From positions 144,522,001 to 144,586,000 of the forward strand of contig OX597817.1 of NCBI GenBank assembly GCA_951406725.2: a stretch of 64,000 nucleotides of DNA. The letters run 5' to 3'. Made by a program: the position numbers and the translations under genes. Positions 1 to 12,937 of this stretch are shown here, piece by piece. How positions within the stretch are numbered: position 1 is the stretch's first letter; each line of letters opens with the position of its first letter. The notes under the pieces were generated by a model. That model was not told the origin of the DNA. It searched no databases and was given only the letters and a program-made list of their open reading frames with translations. Source of the stretch: Octopus vulgaris (taxonomy: Eukaryota).

Positions 1-685
1 GCCTGGATACACAACCTATGCCAGTCAAATATTCTTCCACTTCCACAGCTATTGTGCAACAGTGAATTATAAATTTCAGTGATGTCTAGTTAGCAATATT
101 TAGAGTTAGCCATTGAGTATTTTGGACAACAATACAATACCAATGTAAATAGGAAATCATTGACCATATGACTGATTAGCTGGTACTCTCCAGACCTGGT
201 CGTCTATGGCTGTCTAGTAGACTAATCATCAATAAGATTAAATGAGTACAAAGTTTTCTTTGATATATGTTCTTATATAAGTAGTAATTTATATTTATAT
301 AAGTGCTAATAATACTCTCAATCGATAAAATGCATAATTTTTATATATGAACTCTAGTACTAACATGCTATCTTTTTGGCAGTGTAATGTGAATTTACAT
401 ATCATCATTGTCGTTTTTGTTGTCATTATCATCGTCATGGTCGTCATCATCATTTAATATCCAACTTTCATGCTGGTATGGGTTGGATGGTTTGACAGGA
501 GCCACTGCATGGTTTTTATAGCTGAATGTATCTTTTTAAAACCAACCACTTTACAAAGTGTATTATGTGCCTTTTTTTTTTTGTGGCACCAGCACTTGTG
601 AGGTCACCAAGTAATTTGCAGGACAAAGTAAGAAAAACCCCTCTTGAATGAGTGGAGTAGTAGTAGAGAGAGATAAGTGGATTTA

Positions 686-863
686 TGTGTCTGGGGAGAG
701 TCATTTTCTTTTTGTGCCTTATAATTTAACACACTCACTGGTAAAATTTCCACTTATTTCTTATTTTTATTTTTAAAAATAAAAATAAGAAATAAGTGGA
801 AATTTTACCAGTGAGTGTGTTAAATTATAAGGCACCAAAAGAGAATGACTCTCCCCAGACACA
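686..863. repeat. Spacer-less 178-bp palindrome
   Basis: 89-bp arms centred between 774 and 775 (ATTTTT|AAAAAT) with 2 mismatches. Confidence 0.93.
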
Positions 864-1734
864 ACAAAATATGCTTCAATACATGAACTCATATAAAGAA
901 TCTTGCAACCAAATCCAAAAACGAAATATTCAAAAAATATATTTTGAATTAGAGGCTGTACTGAACCAGCAGATAAATGAATCCTGGTAAAGTATTTATT
1001 CTTAAAATATTGCTTTAAAACATTAATTACTTGTAACAAATAAGTACTATATGATATCGTGGATTTTGTAATGGATGGGGGGGGGCATTTTTGCGGCTTG
1101 CCCCTAACGTGGTTTACCCTAGCTATGCCACTGTAGAGCATACACTCAAAGTATAGGAAACTGGCATGCTGTTGGTTATGATGGAAAGGGTTCCAGTTTA
1201 TCTGATCAAAGGGACAGCCTGCTCATGGAATTAATGTGTAAGCGGCTGAGTACTCCACAGACACGCATACCCTTAACATAGTTCTTAGGGATAGTCAGCA
1301 CAACACAGAATGTGACAAGGCTGGCCCCTTTGATCGGTACATTTTTGCCAGCTGAGTGGGCTGGAGCAACATGAAATAGAGGGTCTTGCTCAATGACAGA
1401 AGGCTCTGCTGGGTATTGAACTCATAACATCATGATCGTAAGCTGAATATCAAAGCACTACTAACCCACATGCCACCACTGAGTACAGGGAAATGAGTGT
1501 AAAAAAGAAAATGAACAGAGGATTGGAAAGGGTTGGTGGGTTAGTTCATAAGAGAATGAGAGGAGAGTGACCGATGGTTAAGGGTGGCGGTGGAGGCGAA
1601 TGGGGGTGAATAAGAAACAAGGGCTGAGATGTGGTCAGGGGTAAGCACTAGTATAGGGGAGGAAGGTTAATGATATAGGGGAGGAAGGTTAATGATATAG
1701 GGGTGACTCAGGAAAGAAGAGGTGACGAGCAGCA

Positions 1735-1821
1735 ACATACATACACACATACATACATACATACATGCATACACACATACATACATACATACATGCATAC
1801 ATACATACATACATACATACA

Positions 1822-1854
<33 letters not shown>

Positions 1855-2051
1855 GCATACACACATGTACATACATATTTACAAACACATGTACATACAT
1901 ATATACATACATGCATACATACATACATACATACATACATACATACATACATACATACATACATACATACATACATAGACAGACACATACATACATACAT
2001 ACATACACACACACATACATGCATGTATACACATACATACGTACATACATG

Positions 2052-2082
<31 letters not shown>

Positions 2083-2485
2083 GCATACACACATGTACAT
2101 ACATATTTACAAACACATGTACATACATATATACATACATGCATACATACATATATACATACATACATACATACATAGACAGACACATACATACATACAT
2201 ACATACACACACACATACATGCATGTATACATACATGTATATATACATACATACGTGTATACATATATAAACACACACATACATACATACACACACATAC
2301 ATACATGCACACATACATACATGCATACATACACACACATACATGCATACATACACACACTCATACATACATACATATGTGTACACATACATACATACAC
2401 ACACACGTACGTACATACGTACATACATACATACATACATACATACATACATACATACATACATACATACATACATACATGCATA
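1735..2485. repeat. Compound (ACAT)n microsatellite with an internal higher-order duplication
   Basis: About 750 bp. The block ATATGCATACACACATGTAC...TAGACAGACAC...GCATGTATAC occurs twice (about 1850 and 2078). Confidence 0.95.
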
Positions 2486-4304
2486 TAAACATATAAAATA
2501 CTGTATCTTCTGTTAGTCCTTGTTCCTTGGCCCCTGGTCAGTCCTGACTTAGTAGACCTATGATCAAAGGTGTTCCAGCTGTGACCATCACACCTTTTAT
2601 TCAGACAAGGTGTATCTACCATCAATCATTGTTGTCTGACCCCAGATCAACCTTAGCCAAGTAAAACTATGATGAAAGGCACTCTAGACATGGCCATCAC
2701 ATCTCTTATTCAGATAGAGTGCCAGTCATTATTGCTTAAGCTCAGGTCAGCCATGGCCAAAAAGACCTATGAACAAAAGCATTCTGGCTGTGACCATTAC
2801 CATTTGTTGTTGTTGTTGTTGTTGTTGTTGTTACTAAGAGTACCCTTCAACCATTGGGCAATAAACTGTGCTTGAAATGACCTGTTGAGTCAAGTGAAAT
2901 CATTGTTGTGGCCTATGCCAATGCCGCCTGACTGGCCGCATGCTGGTGGCACATAAAAAGCACCATTCAAGCATGGTCGATGCCAGTGTTGCCTGACTGA
3001 TCCTGTGCCAGTGGCACATGAAAAGCAACATTCAAGTGTGGTCAATGCCAGTGTTGCCTGACTGACCATGTGCTGTTGGCACATAAAAAGCACCATTTGA
3101 GCATGGTTGATGCTAGTGCTGCCTGACTGGCTCCCATGCCGGTGGCACATAAAAAGCACCTATCACACTCTCAGAGTGGTTGGCATTAGGAAGGGCATCC
3201 AGTTTTGAAACCTTGCCAGATCAGATTGGAGCTTGGTGCAGCCACCTGGCTTGCCAGTCCTCAGTCAAATGGTCCAGCCCATGCCAATATAGAAAGCAGA
3301 CATTAAACGATGATGATGATGATGACGACGACGACAATGCATCTAAGATTCCATTATTCCATGTGTTCTTCCTTATTCTAAGACAGTAGAATGTAATTTG
3401 AGGAAAATTTGGCTACTACTTCTTGCAGCTCGAATGGCCACAGATTCATCTCCTATGTGTTTTTGTTTAGTCCAAGGTGAGCCCTGAATGTGCAGACCCA
3501 GACCTATGATCAAAGTTGCTCCAGATCTGACCATCACCTCTTTATGCAGGTATTGAGTACCTAGGACTTTATTATTGCTTCTTTTCTTTTTTATTTTTTT
3601 AATGACAACACAATGTAATTTGAGAGGAAAATTTAACTGCTATTTCTAGCAAGTCTAGTGACTACATAGAGACTCCCTTATTCTATGTTCAATATTATCT
3701 AAATAGTTTAGGTTGTATTGTTGGTAATTCCTGGTATTTTATGTCTTATGTGAGTTAAATCTGTTCATGTTACCAAGCTGCAATGGCTGGTTTATACCTT
3801 GAAGGATGATGATGATGATGATGACGGTGACGATGATGATGATGACGATGATGATAATGATGTTACTTGGAAGTAGAGAAAGGGAAGATGTGGAAGACGC
3901 TATTTTTAATCTGCTTGGTGCCAGGTTTCTAGGTGTTTAATATCGGAGGAGTTGTACAGATATATGGGGAACGATGGCTCGAAGGAGAGGTGGGTGGTAA
4001 ACTCGATGTTGCAGCTGTATGTGTTTGGGCTTTTGTAAGAACGGTGGAAAGGGGTGTGGTGTTGGTGAAAGTAACACTGCAGTCATTGAGCGGGGCCCTC
4101 TACCTGGTTGATTGACTTGTCAGAAATAATAACCATGTCCCCCTCAATTTACATGCTTCTGTCTTAACTCTTTTGTTTCCAAATTTCGATTGAAATTCCT
4201 TTGTTTCAAATAAATTTGAAAATAATGAAAAATTTAATGAAATAATTTTGATGTTATTAAGCTGGTTTTTGGGATATAAATGAACATGGAATTTTGGTGG
4301 AAAG

Positions 4305-4676
4305 TTAGCATTGGTGCTAGTGCCACATGAAAAGTATTGGTACTGGTGCCACATTAAAAGCACTGGTGCTGGTGTCACATGAAAAGTGCTGGTACTGGTG
4401 TCACATTAAAAGCACTGGTGCTGGTGTCACATGAAAAGTGCTGGTGCTGGTGCCACATTAAAAGCACTGGTGCTGGTGCCACCTGAAAAACACTGGTGCT
4501 GGTGCCACGTAAAAAGCACTGGTGCTGGTGCCACATGAAAAACACTGGTGCTGGTGCCACATAAAAAGCACTGGTGCTGGTGCCACATTAAAAGTACTGG
4601 TGCTGGTGCCACATGAAAAGCAATAGTGCTGGTGCCACATCAAAAGCATTGGTGCTGGTGCCACATCAAAAGCACC
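4305..4676. repeat. 26-bp minisatellite (GCACTGGTGCTGGTGCCACATAAAAA)n, about 14 units
   Basis: Visible tandem units. The 26-aa periodicity of the overlapping ORFs equals three units. Confidence 0.92.
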
Positions 4677-4761
4677 TAGCCATAAAAACCATGGCAAGAC
4701 AGAAAATGGAACTTGGTGCAGTTCCTTTCTAGCCATCCAACCCATGCCAGCACAGAAAATT

Positions 4762-4922
4762 AATGATGACAATGATGATAATGATGATGTTGATGATGTT
4801 GATGATGATGATGGTGATGGTGGTGGTGGTGGTGGTGATGGTGGTGGTGGTGGTGGTGATGGTGGTGGTGGTGATGGTGGTGGTGGTGGTGGTGGTGGTG
4901 GTGGTGGTGGTGGTGGTGGTGT
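4762..4922. repeat. (GAT)n to (GGT)n trinucleotide tract
   Basis: Directly visible; it is the expanded tail of a (GAT)n-family element. Confidence 0.95.
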
Positions 4923-5695
4923 GATGTGGTTACTGACACAATTCCATAGTGGCTTGGTCACTAATACAATTCTAATATAATCTAGTCACCAACACATGTC
5001 CATGGTGACCTGGTGACTGACACAGTTCCGCTCTGGCCTTGTCACCAACACAGTTCCAGTGTAACCTGCTCAGTGTCACAGTTTCATTGTGACCTGCCCA
5101 ATGTCACAGTCCCATTGTGACCTGATCACTGGCTAAATTCCAGGATAACCTATTCAGTTGCACAGTTCCACCATGTCCTGATCACAGATACATTTCCATA
5201 TTAGTGACCAGATCAGTATCAGAGTTACATTGTGACCAGCTTTCTGACACATTTCCATTCAGACCTGGTCACTGACACAATTTCCATGTGACCTGCTCAC
5301 AGACACAGTTCTATTTTGACCTGGTCACTGATGGAATTCCTTTGCAACCTAATCCCAAATACAGTTACATTGTGACTTGGTCATGTCAGTTCTACAGTGA
5401 CCTGGTCACAAGTACAGATACATTGTGACTTGGTTAGTGGCACAGTTTTATTGTGACCTGGTCATTGACACAGTTTCATCATAATCTGGGTCTGACACAG
5501 TTCTATTGTGACTGGTCACTGATACAGTTCTATTGTAACATGGTCCAGACATCTCCATTGTAACCTGGTCAATGTCACAGTTTCCTTGTGTCCTAATTAC
5601 TAACAAAGTTTCATTGTGATGTGGTCAATGGCACAGTTCTACAGCGACCTGATAATGCATACACCTTTTTTGCAACCTAGTGTGGCCTGGTTGCT
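4921..5695. repeat. Diverged 28-bp minisatellite (GTGACCTGGTCACTGACACAGTTCCATT)n, about 27 units
   Basis: Recurrent GTGACCTG / CACAGTT at roughly 28-bp spacing. Confidence 0.88.
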
Positions 5696-5839
5696 GAGCC
5701 TTTGACTCCTATTTCTAGCTATGCTGGTGCTCATTGCAACCTTTGGTCACTTTTAGTGACAGTGAGTTATTTCCTTTTTGGTTTTAAATTGCTTGCAGCT
5801 ACCTTTATTATTTTACACACACACACACACACACATATA

Positions 5840-6690
5840 TATAAATAAGAAATTAAAAAAGGAAAATACACACACTTTACATAATTTTGATATAATTTTT
5901 AATATATTGACCAGTTTCGCTTTCGGTATTCATGATATTATGGTTTACTTATTTGAACATGTATTTTCTTAAGAAGAAATTTTTATCCATGTTGTGTGTG
6001 ATGATATTTATGAGTGAATGACATCATAAGTACAAAAATAAGAGGAGGTAATTGGTTATCAGTATTATTATAATTTTTGTTGTGGGCAAGGGAGATAACT
6101 GGTCAGCTTTCGGTAGGGGAGGGGAATATATACACAAAAAAGTTTTGAAAAACTTGTTTAGTGAGGGGATTTATATGCAGTGATGTAATTGTGAATTGAA
6201 ATATGTAAGAAGATAAAAGTTGGTTATGCGTGCATATCAAGATGTGTCGACGGCCAATCTATGGAACCTGCCCCAACTTACTTGAAGGCTCAGTTTCCTT
6301 TTCAAACAAGGACAGAGGTTCATAATTAAAACTAGTTTCACATGTGCCTCTGAGAACCTAATTGATGTAATAGCCTGCTTGGGATGTGGACACAACTATA
6401 TTGAACAGACGAGTATGACCTTGAGATGGAGAACCACTCTACATAAAAGAACAAATCAGTTTCCCGCAATACAGGCAAATTCCTCTCAGTGGACATACAG
6501 AAAAATGTGCAGGTAACATCAAACCAAATATCACAGTCTTCCTCTCCTATCAGTGCAAAGACACAATCTCTCCACAGGAAAATTTAAATAAAGAAATTTT
6601 TTCATTGAAAAATACAGAACACACCTTAATATGCATGCATAACCAACTTTCATATTGTTTTACGGATGCCACTCAGGCGGCACTGGCATT
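5840..6690 (+). mobile_element. Older Penelope-like element remnant (Cys-rich linker plus GIY-YIG) with inverted 3' segment
   Basis: About 6325-6630 translates IKTSFTCASENLIDVIACLGCGHNYIEQTSMTLRWRTTLHK/EQISFPQYRQIPLSGHTEKC (frameshifted), homologous to the 20743 fragment. AAAGTTGGTTATGCGTGCATAT (about 6216-6237) is the inverted copy of about 6629-6650. Confidence 0.8.
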
Positions 6691-6735
6691 ATATATATAT
6701 ACATACATACATATATGCATACATACATACATACA

Positions 6736-6802
<67 letters not shown>

Positions 6803-6803
<1 letters not shown>

Positions 6804-7310
6804 CTCTCCTTTACTCTTTTACTTGTTTCAGTCATTTGACTGTGGCCATGCTGGAGCACCACCTTTAGTCAAGCAAATCGACTAGTCTAGTACTAGTAAG
6901 TCTCGTACTAGACTTACTAGTACTAGACTTGTAAGTCTAGTACTAGTACTTTTGTAAGTCTAGTACTTACAAAGAATAAGTACTAGACTTATTCTTTTTT
7001 AAGCCGAGTACTTATTCTATCAGTCTCTTTTGCCGAACTGCTAAGTGACGTGGACATAAACACACCAGTATCGGTTGTCAAGCAATGCGAGGGGGACAAA
7101 CACAGACACACAAACATGCACACACACACATATATATATACATATATGCAATGGGCTATTTCCAGTTCCTGTCTACCAAATCCACTCACAAGGCTTTGGT
7201 TGGCCCAAGGCTATAGTAGAAGACACTTGCCCAAGATGCCATGCAGTGGGACTGGCCCCAGAACCATGTGGTTGGTAAGCAAGCTACTTACCATACAGCC
7301 ACTCCTGCAC

Positions 7311-7311
<1 letters not shown>
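6803..7311 (-). mobile_element. SINE family A copy with internal scrambled insertion
   Basis: Full-length reverse match to the family, with a patchwork at 6881-6990. Confidence 0.88.
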
Positions 7312-7344
<33 letters not shown>

Positions 7345-7349
7345 GTATC

Positions 7350-7382
<33 letters not shown>

Positions 7383-7808
7383 GTACATATACATACATAT
7401 ATACACTTATATGAATTTATAGACATGCATGCATATATATATATATGAATAGATGCATGTATGTATGTTTTTTTTTTTTGCTGTTTATGTACATATATAT
7501 TTTAAAAGTTATGTAATACAAGTTTGAAGTTAACAAATCTAAAAGCCGACAAATAAGTTTTCAGTGTGTGTGTGTGTGTGTGTGTGTGACATTTGTTGCA
7601 CAACAACATCTGTTTGAACACATCGTTTCACATGAAGAATCTTACATAATAAACACAAAAAATTTCATTACATACATACATTCATTCATATATATATATA
7701 TATTTATATTTGTATGTATCTATATATCCATGCATGTGTGTATGTATCTATGTATATATATGTATATATATTGATATGTACATACATACATATATGCATA
7801 TGCATACA

Positions 7809-7871
<63 letters not shown>

Positions 7872-8596
7872 GCACACACACACATACATATATTCTTCCT
7901 CGTTAAACAACATTATATCTTAATGATCTGACTACGAAGCTTAAAATAACAATTTCCATTTCTGTTTATTTTTCTATTTATTTATTCCAATCCCTCTATG
8001 CTGCAACCAATAACCATTGTGGTTGCACTTTGAGTTTTTTTAATTAAAAAACACCAACCCCCGCCCACCCCACCCTCCACATTTCCCCACCCATTCCAAA
8101 CCTTAGAACTAAATCAAAACACAAGAATTATCCGCTTCCCAGCACTGACGGTTCATTATATTCACTAATTTCACTCGTCTGATATAACCGCAGATACCTA
8201 GCTTTATTATTAATTTCTTTTAAAAAAACTGAAAACATACAATATTAATGACGAACTTGTTAGTGTTTTTATTAGATATAAAAATACGTACTGTCCTCTC
8301 CTAATGTGGCCTTCACTTGAATATGATAGCTTTTAAAAACTATTGCACATGTACTTTATATCTATTACTTGTTTCAGTCATTAGTGTGTGGCCATGTGGA
8401 GGCAGTACCTTACCCGAATTTTTATTGGAATGAATCAACTCTAGTACTCAGTTTTTTTTTTTCAGCTTGGTATTTATTCTATTGGTCTATTTTGCCAAAC
8501 CACTAAGCTTCAGGGATGTAAACAGACCAACACTGGTTGTCAAATGGTAGGAGAGGACAAACACAGACATAAAGCCACACACACACATACATATAT

Positions 8597-9269
8597 AATG
8601 AAATTATTGTATACAGTGCTCAGGTGCACCACAACTTGTCAAAAGTGCATATAGGGTATATGCAGTAATGTACAAATGTCTGGGAAGTGAACAGTGTATG
8701 AGTCAGATACATGCTTGCGTGTGTATGGAGGGGACAAAAATCAGGTGTAGTGTTGGCAAATCTGAGGAAGCATGGAAGTTTGAAGGATGCAGTGCTCCGA
8801 CAACTAACAACTGATGCTAGCAATTTGTTCCATACTTCAGCAACTCTTGGCAGGAAAAAATGTTTCCGAAAGTCATGGGAGCTGTGCTGTTTTCTGACTT
8901 TGTAAACATGTCCATGGTGTTAGACAGGTGGTGTAAAAGGTGCTCAGAGTTATTGTTTGTAAGATGGTTGATAATTTTATGGGTGTCTGCCAGGTCAGCT
9001 GCCAGATGTCGGAGTTTCAGTGTATCCATGCCCAGGCGTTCAGAATATGGCAAGTGCCTGATGGCGGGTATTCTCTTGGTTGCACGTCACTGAATGGCTT
9101 CCAGGCGATTAACATCCTGGGCAACATAGGGGTTTCAGACCGGTGATACAAATTCCAGGTGAGGTCGCACCATAGCTATATAAAGCCGCAGATAGATAGC
9201 TGGAGATCGACTCACAAAGGACTTGGTGACTGATGCCAAGATACCCTCAGCCTTCTTGGCAATTCTTGG
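8597..9269 (-). mobile_element. CR1-clade LINE 3' fragment (ORF2 C-terminus plus 3' UTR)
   Basis: Minus strand: IYLRLYIAMVRPHLEFVSPV*NPY...LEAIQ*RATKRIPAIRHLPYSERL...LAADLADTHKII, a typical CR1 ORF2 tail with stops. The same 3' tip recurs at about 33248-33288. Confidence 0.9.
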
Positions 9270-9271
9270 TA

Positions 9272-9627
9272 ATATATATTATATAAAATCTGTTCTGTCT
9301 GTCTGTGTGTGTGTCTTCTAGGATCTCGGGCATCCTCTATCCGATTGCACTCAAATTTGATATGTAGATACTGATGGTATCAGGGCGTGTATAAGTCTTG
9401 AAAAAATAACAAAATCGATTCCAGGTGAGAATGCGATCGATAAAGCCAAGGGAACATGCATTTGTCTATCTTTATTTCTTCTTTTGCTAGTGTCTCAAAT
9501 TTAGGTTTAATCAGTGATTCTCAAAGGGGAGGCCTATGGGACGGTTGGACAAGTTGTTTTGAGAAAATTTGGTTGAAATGTTTGACAACTCAGCACTGTC
9601 CATTGGACAGGAGGGGCGTTTTGCTCG
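9272..9627 (+). mobile_element. Helitron-like element at the 5' break of the CR1 fragment
   Basis: TATATAAAATCTG-TCTGTCTG start, ATCCGATTGCACTCAAATTTG motif, hairpin CTGTCCATTGGACAG and terminal CTCG|T. Confidence 0.5.
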
Positions 9628-10754
9628 TATATATATATATATATATATATATATACGTATATATATATGTGTATCAATCATCAACATCATCATCTTTTAA
9701 CGTCTGTTTTCTATACTAGCTTGGGTTGGATGGTTCGACCAGGGTCTGGGAAGCCAGGAGGCTGCACCAGGCTCTTGACTGATCTGGCAGTGTTTCTACT
9801 GCTGGATGCCCTTCCTGACTCCAACCACGCTGTGAGTGTAGTGGGTGTTTTTTACATGCTCCTGGCACAGGGGCCAGAGGAGGCTATATATATATATATA
9901 TCACCACCATCATCATTGTTTAACGTCCACTTTCCATGCTAGCATGGGTTGGATGATTTTGACTGAGGGCTGGCGAACCAGATGGCTGCACCGGGTTCCG
10001 ATCTTGATCTGGCAGAGTTTCTACAGCTAGATGCCCTTCCTAACGTCAACCACTCCAAGAGTGTAGTGGGTGCTTTTACGTGCCACCAGCACGGGGGCCA
10101 GTCAGGCGGTACTGGCAATGACCTTGCTCGAATCTTTTTACACATGCCACCAGCACAGGTGCCAGTAAGGCGATGCTGGTAACGATCATGCTCGAATGGT
10201 GCCTTTTATGTGCCACCGGCACAGAAGCCAGTTAGCCGCTCTGGCAATGATCACGCTCGGATGGTACTCTTAGCACCCTACTAGCACGGGCACAAGTGCC
10301 AATAAGGCGACGCTGGTAATGATCACACTCGAATGGTGCCTTTTATGTGCCACTGGCATGGAAGCCGGTTAGCTGCTCTGTCAACGATCACACTCATATG
10401 GTGCTCTCTGCACCAGTCATCAATTTTTATTTGATTTCACTTGCCTCAACAAGTCTTTGCATAATCAAGGGAAGTATGTGAATGTTTGTATGTGTGATTA
10501 TTATGCACCTTATTTTATACCTTATTTATATATAAAATACTACAATTAGCCGTCATTATTGATGGCACATGGTCAGCTAGTTAATCATAATAGCTCAGTT
10601 ATAGTAAAAAACATAAACTCAGTTAAATAGACTGATGGATCATTATGGCTCAGTTTATATAAAAAGCCATAAGATGAGTTTGATTGTGTGACAAAGTATA
10701 ATGGCTCAGTTTATTAAAAAGTCATAAACTGAATTATCAGTCACAGTAACTCAG

Positions 10755-10977
10755 TTAACCTTTTCATTACCAACCCGGCTGAAACTGGCTCTTTAGTACA
10801 AATGTCTTGTTTTCATAAGATTTGAATTCAAATCTTCCTCCAAATCTTAGTCACAATTTATGTTCTTAACACTAGCTCAATGATAACGATATTATTTTAC
10901 TGAATTCTTTGTTATATTTAAAATAATTGGAAGAAACACAGAGCATCACAAAATATGTACAGTAACAAAAGGGTTAA
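10755..10977. mobile_element. piggyBac-type MITE (TTAA TSD)
   Basis: TTAA-CCTTTTCATTAC ... GTAACAAAAGGG-TTAA. A reverse-complement family member lies at 59985-60221. Confidence 0.8.
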
Positions 10978-12070
10978 TATAATAATACTATCAGCTGAAT
11001 TATAAAAGCCTTCAACTGGGTTTTAGTTGTCTGATCAATCATTAGAGCTCAGTGAATAAAACAATAAAAGAAACTGAGTTATCTCCTAATATAATAATGA
11101 GTGTTGTATTTTTACATATGTGTAAAAGGATGAGAGAAAATAGAAATTCAGTGAAGGAGAAGTAGTGAGAGTAATAGCCCAGACTGTTTGTATTATAGTG
11201 CATTGTTGTACCATTCAAAACTTTTTATTCTTTACAAACAATGCACAATGCTTCAAACGAACTACAATACTCTCCTATCTCTACAACTGGGTCAGGCTGA
11301 GTTTGTATTATAGTGCATTGTTGTACCATTCAAAACTTTTTATTCTTTTCAGCTAATATAGTTTTATAAAGAGCAATCATGATAGATTAGTTTACTTAAA
11401 AAAGCTATATACTGAGTTTAAAATCAAGTTTAAAATTAATGACAATTATAGTGACTCAGTCCATATAAAAAAGCCTATAAACTGAGTAATTAATCATAAC
11501 AGCTCAATACATATAAAAACCAAAAACTGATTTATCTAATAAAGCTATAATCTCAGTTTAAATGTCTGGTGAAGTATAATGGCTCAGTTGATATAAAAAG
11601 CCATAAACCGAGTTTAATAGCCTGACCAAGCATAATGGCTCAATTTATATTAGGAGCCATAAAGTGAGTTATTGATCATAATGGCTCAGCCATCATCATC
11701 ATCATCATCATCATCATCATTTAATGTCTGCTTTCCGTGCTGGCATGGGTTGGACAGTTTGACTGAGGACTGGTGAGCCAGATGGCTGCACCAGGCTCCA
11801 ATCTTGATCTGGCAGAGTTTCTACAGCTGGATGCCCTTCCTAACGCCAACCATTCCGAGAGTGTAGTGGGTGCTTTTACATGCCACCGGCACAAAGACCA
11901 GTCGGTTGGTACTGGCGACGGCCACTCTCGAATGGTGTTTTTTATGTGCCACCCGCACAGGAGCCAGTCCAGTGGCACTGGCAATGACCTCACTCGAATG
12001 TTGTTTATCACATGCCATCGGCACAAGTGCCAGTAAGGCGTCACTAGTAAAGATCACGCTTGAATGGTGC

Positions 12071-12299
12071 TTAACCCTTTAGTGTTTAAACTGGCCAAAT
12101 CCGGCCCAATATATTCTACCTGTTTTATATTCAAACTGGCGATGTCTAGCCTCTCACACCTAACCTACAATGCCATTCTAAAAATAAGTAATCACATCAT
12201 TGAAACCTCAAAGCTGTAAGATGATCCAGGATTAATTCAAAACAATTTGAGTGAAAAAGTATTACATTTAACAGAGTAATCTGAACACTAAAGGGTTAA
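12071..12299. mobile_element. piggyBac-type MITE (TTAA TSD), second family
   Basis: TTAA-CCCTTTAGTGTT ... AACACTAAAGGG-TTAA with perfect TIRs. Confidence 0.82.
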
Positions 12300-12427
12300 A
12301 GCCATCAACTGAACTTTAAAATTCAAACCACTCCCATCAGCTCAGTTTATATAAAATCCCAAACACTGCATTTAAATTTTAAATCAATCATAACAACGCA
12401 GTTTATAAAAAAAGACATAAACTTATA

Positions 12428-12650
12428 GGTGTAGGTGTGGCTGTGTAGTAAGTAGCTTGGTTACCAACCACATGGTTCCGGGTTCAGTCCCACTGTGTGG
12501 CACCTTGGGAAAGTATCTTCTACTATAGCCTCTGGCCGACCAAAGCCTTATGAGTGGATTTTTTGGTAGATGGAAACTGAATGGAGAAACAATTTAGTTT
12601 GTTCATCAGCTTTCGCCGTGGGTTGGATCCATAACCCCTAATTTACTTGG

Positions 12651-12717
<67 letters not shown>

Positions 12718-12937
12718 GTGTGTGTGTGTGTGTTTGTGTGTCTGTGTTTGTCCCCCCAACATCGCTTGACAACCGATGCTGGTGTGTTTACGTGCTCGTA
12801 ACTTAGCGGTTCAGTAAAAGATACCGATAGAATAAGTACTAGGCTTACAAAGAATAAGTCCTGGGGTCAATTTGCTCAACTAAAGGTGGCGCTCCAGCAT
12901 GGTGACAGTCAAATGACTGAAACAAGTAAAAGAGTAA
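12428..12937 (+). mobile_element. SINE family A copy
   Basis: Head, (TG)n centre and tail present, plus a roughly 70-bp foreign insert near 12583-12650. Confidence 0.88.

Noticed and set aside
1667-2625. Many overlapping long ORFs (up to 269 aa; MYVC/HTYI repeats)
   Set aside because: These are translations of an (ACAT)n microsatellite that lacks stops in most frames.
4458-4980. Poly-Pro / poly-Gly / poly-Asp ORFs
   Set aside because: They derive from the (GAT)n/(GGT)n tail and 26-bp minisatellite of a retroposon, with no splice or domain support.
5900-5930. Half hammerhead on the minus strand (CGAAACTGGTC) in the old PLE arm
   Set aside because: I could not find a matching CUGANGA box with a compatible stem I, so it is not counted as a ribozyme.
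12583-12650. Minus-strand CTGATGA followed by a small stem
   Set aside because: No GAAA box or stem III follows. It is an unclassified short insert in a SINE.
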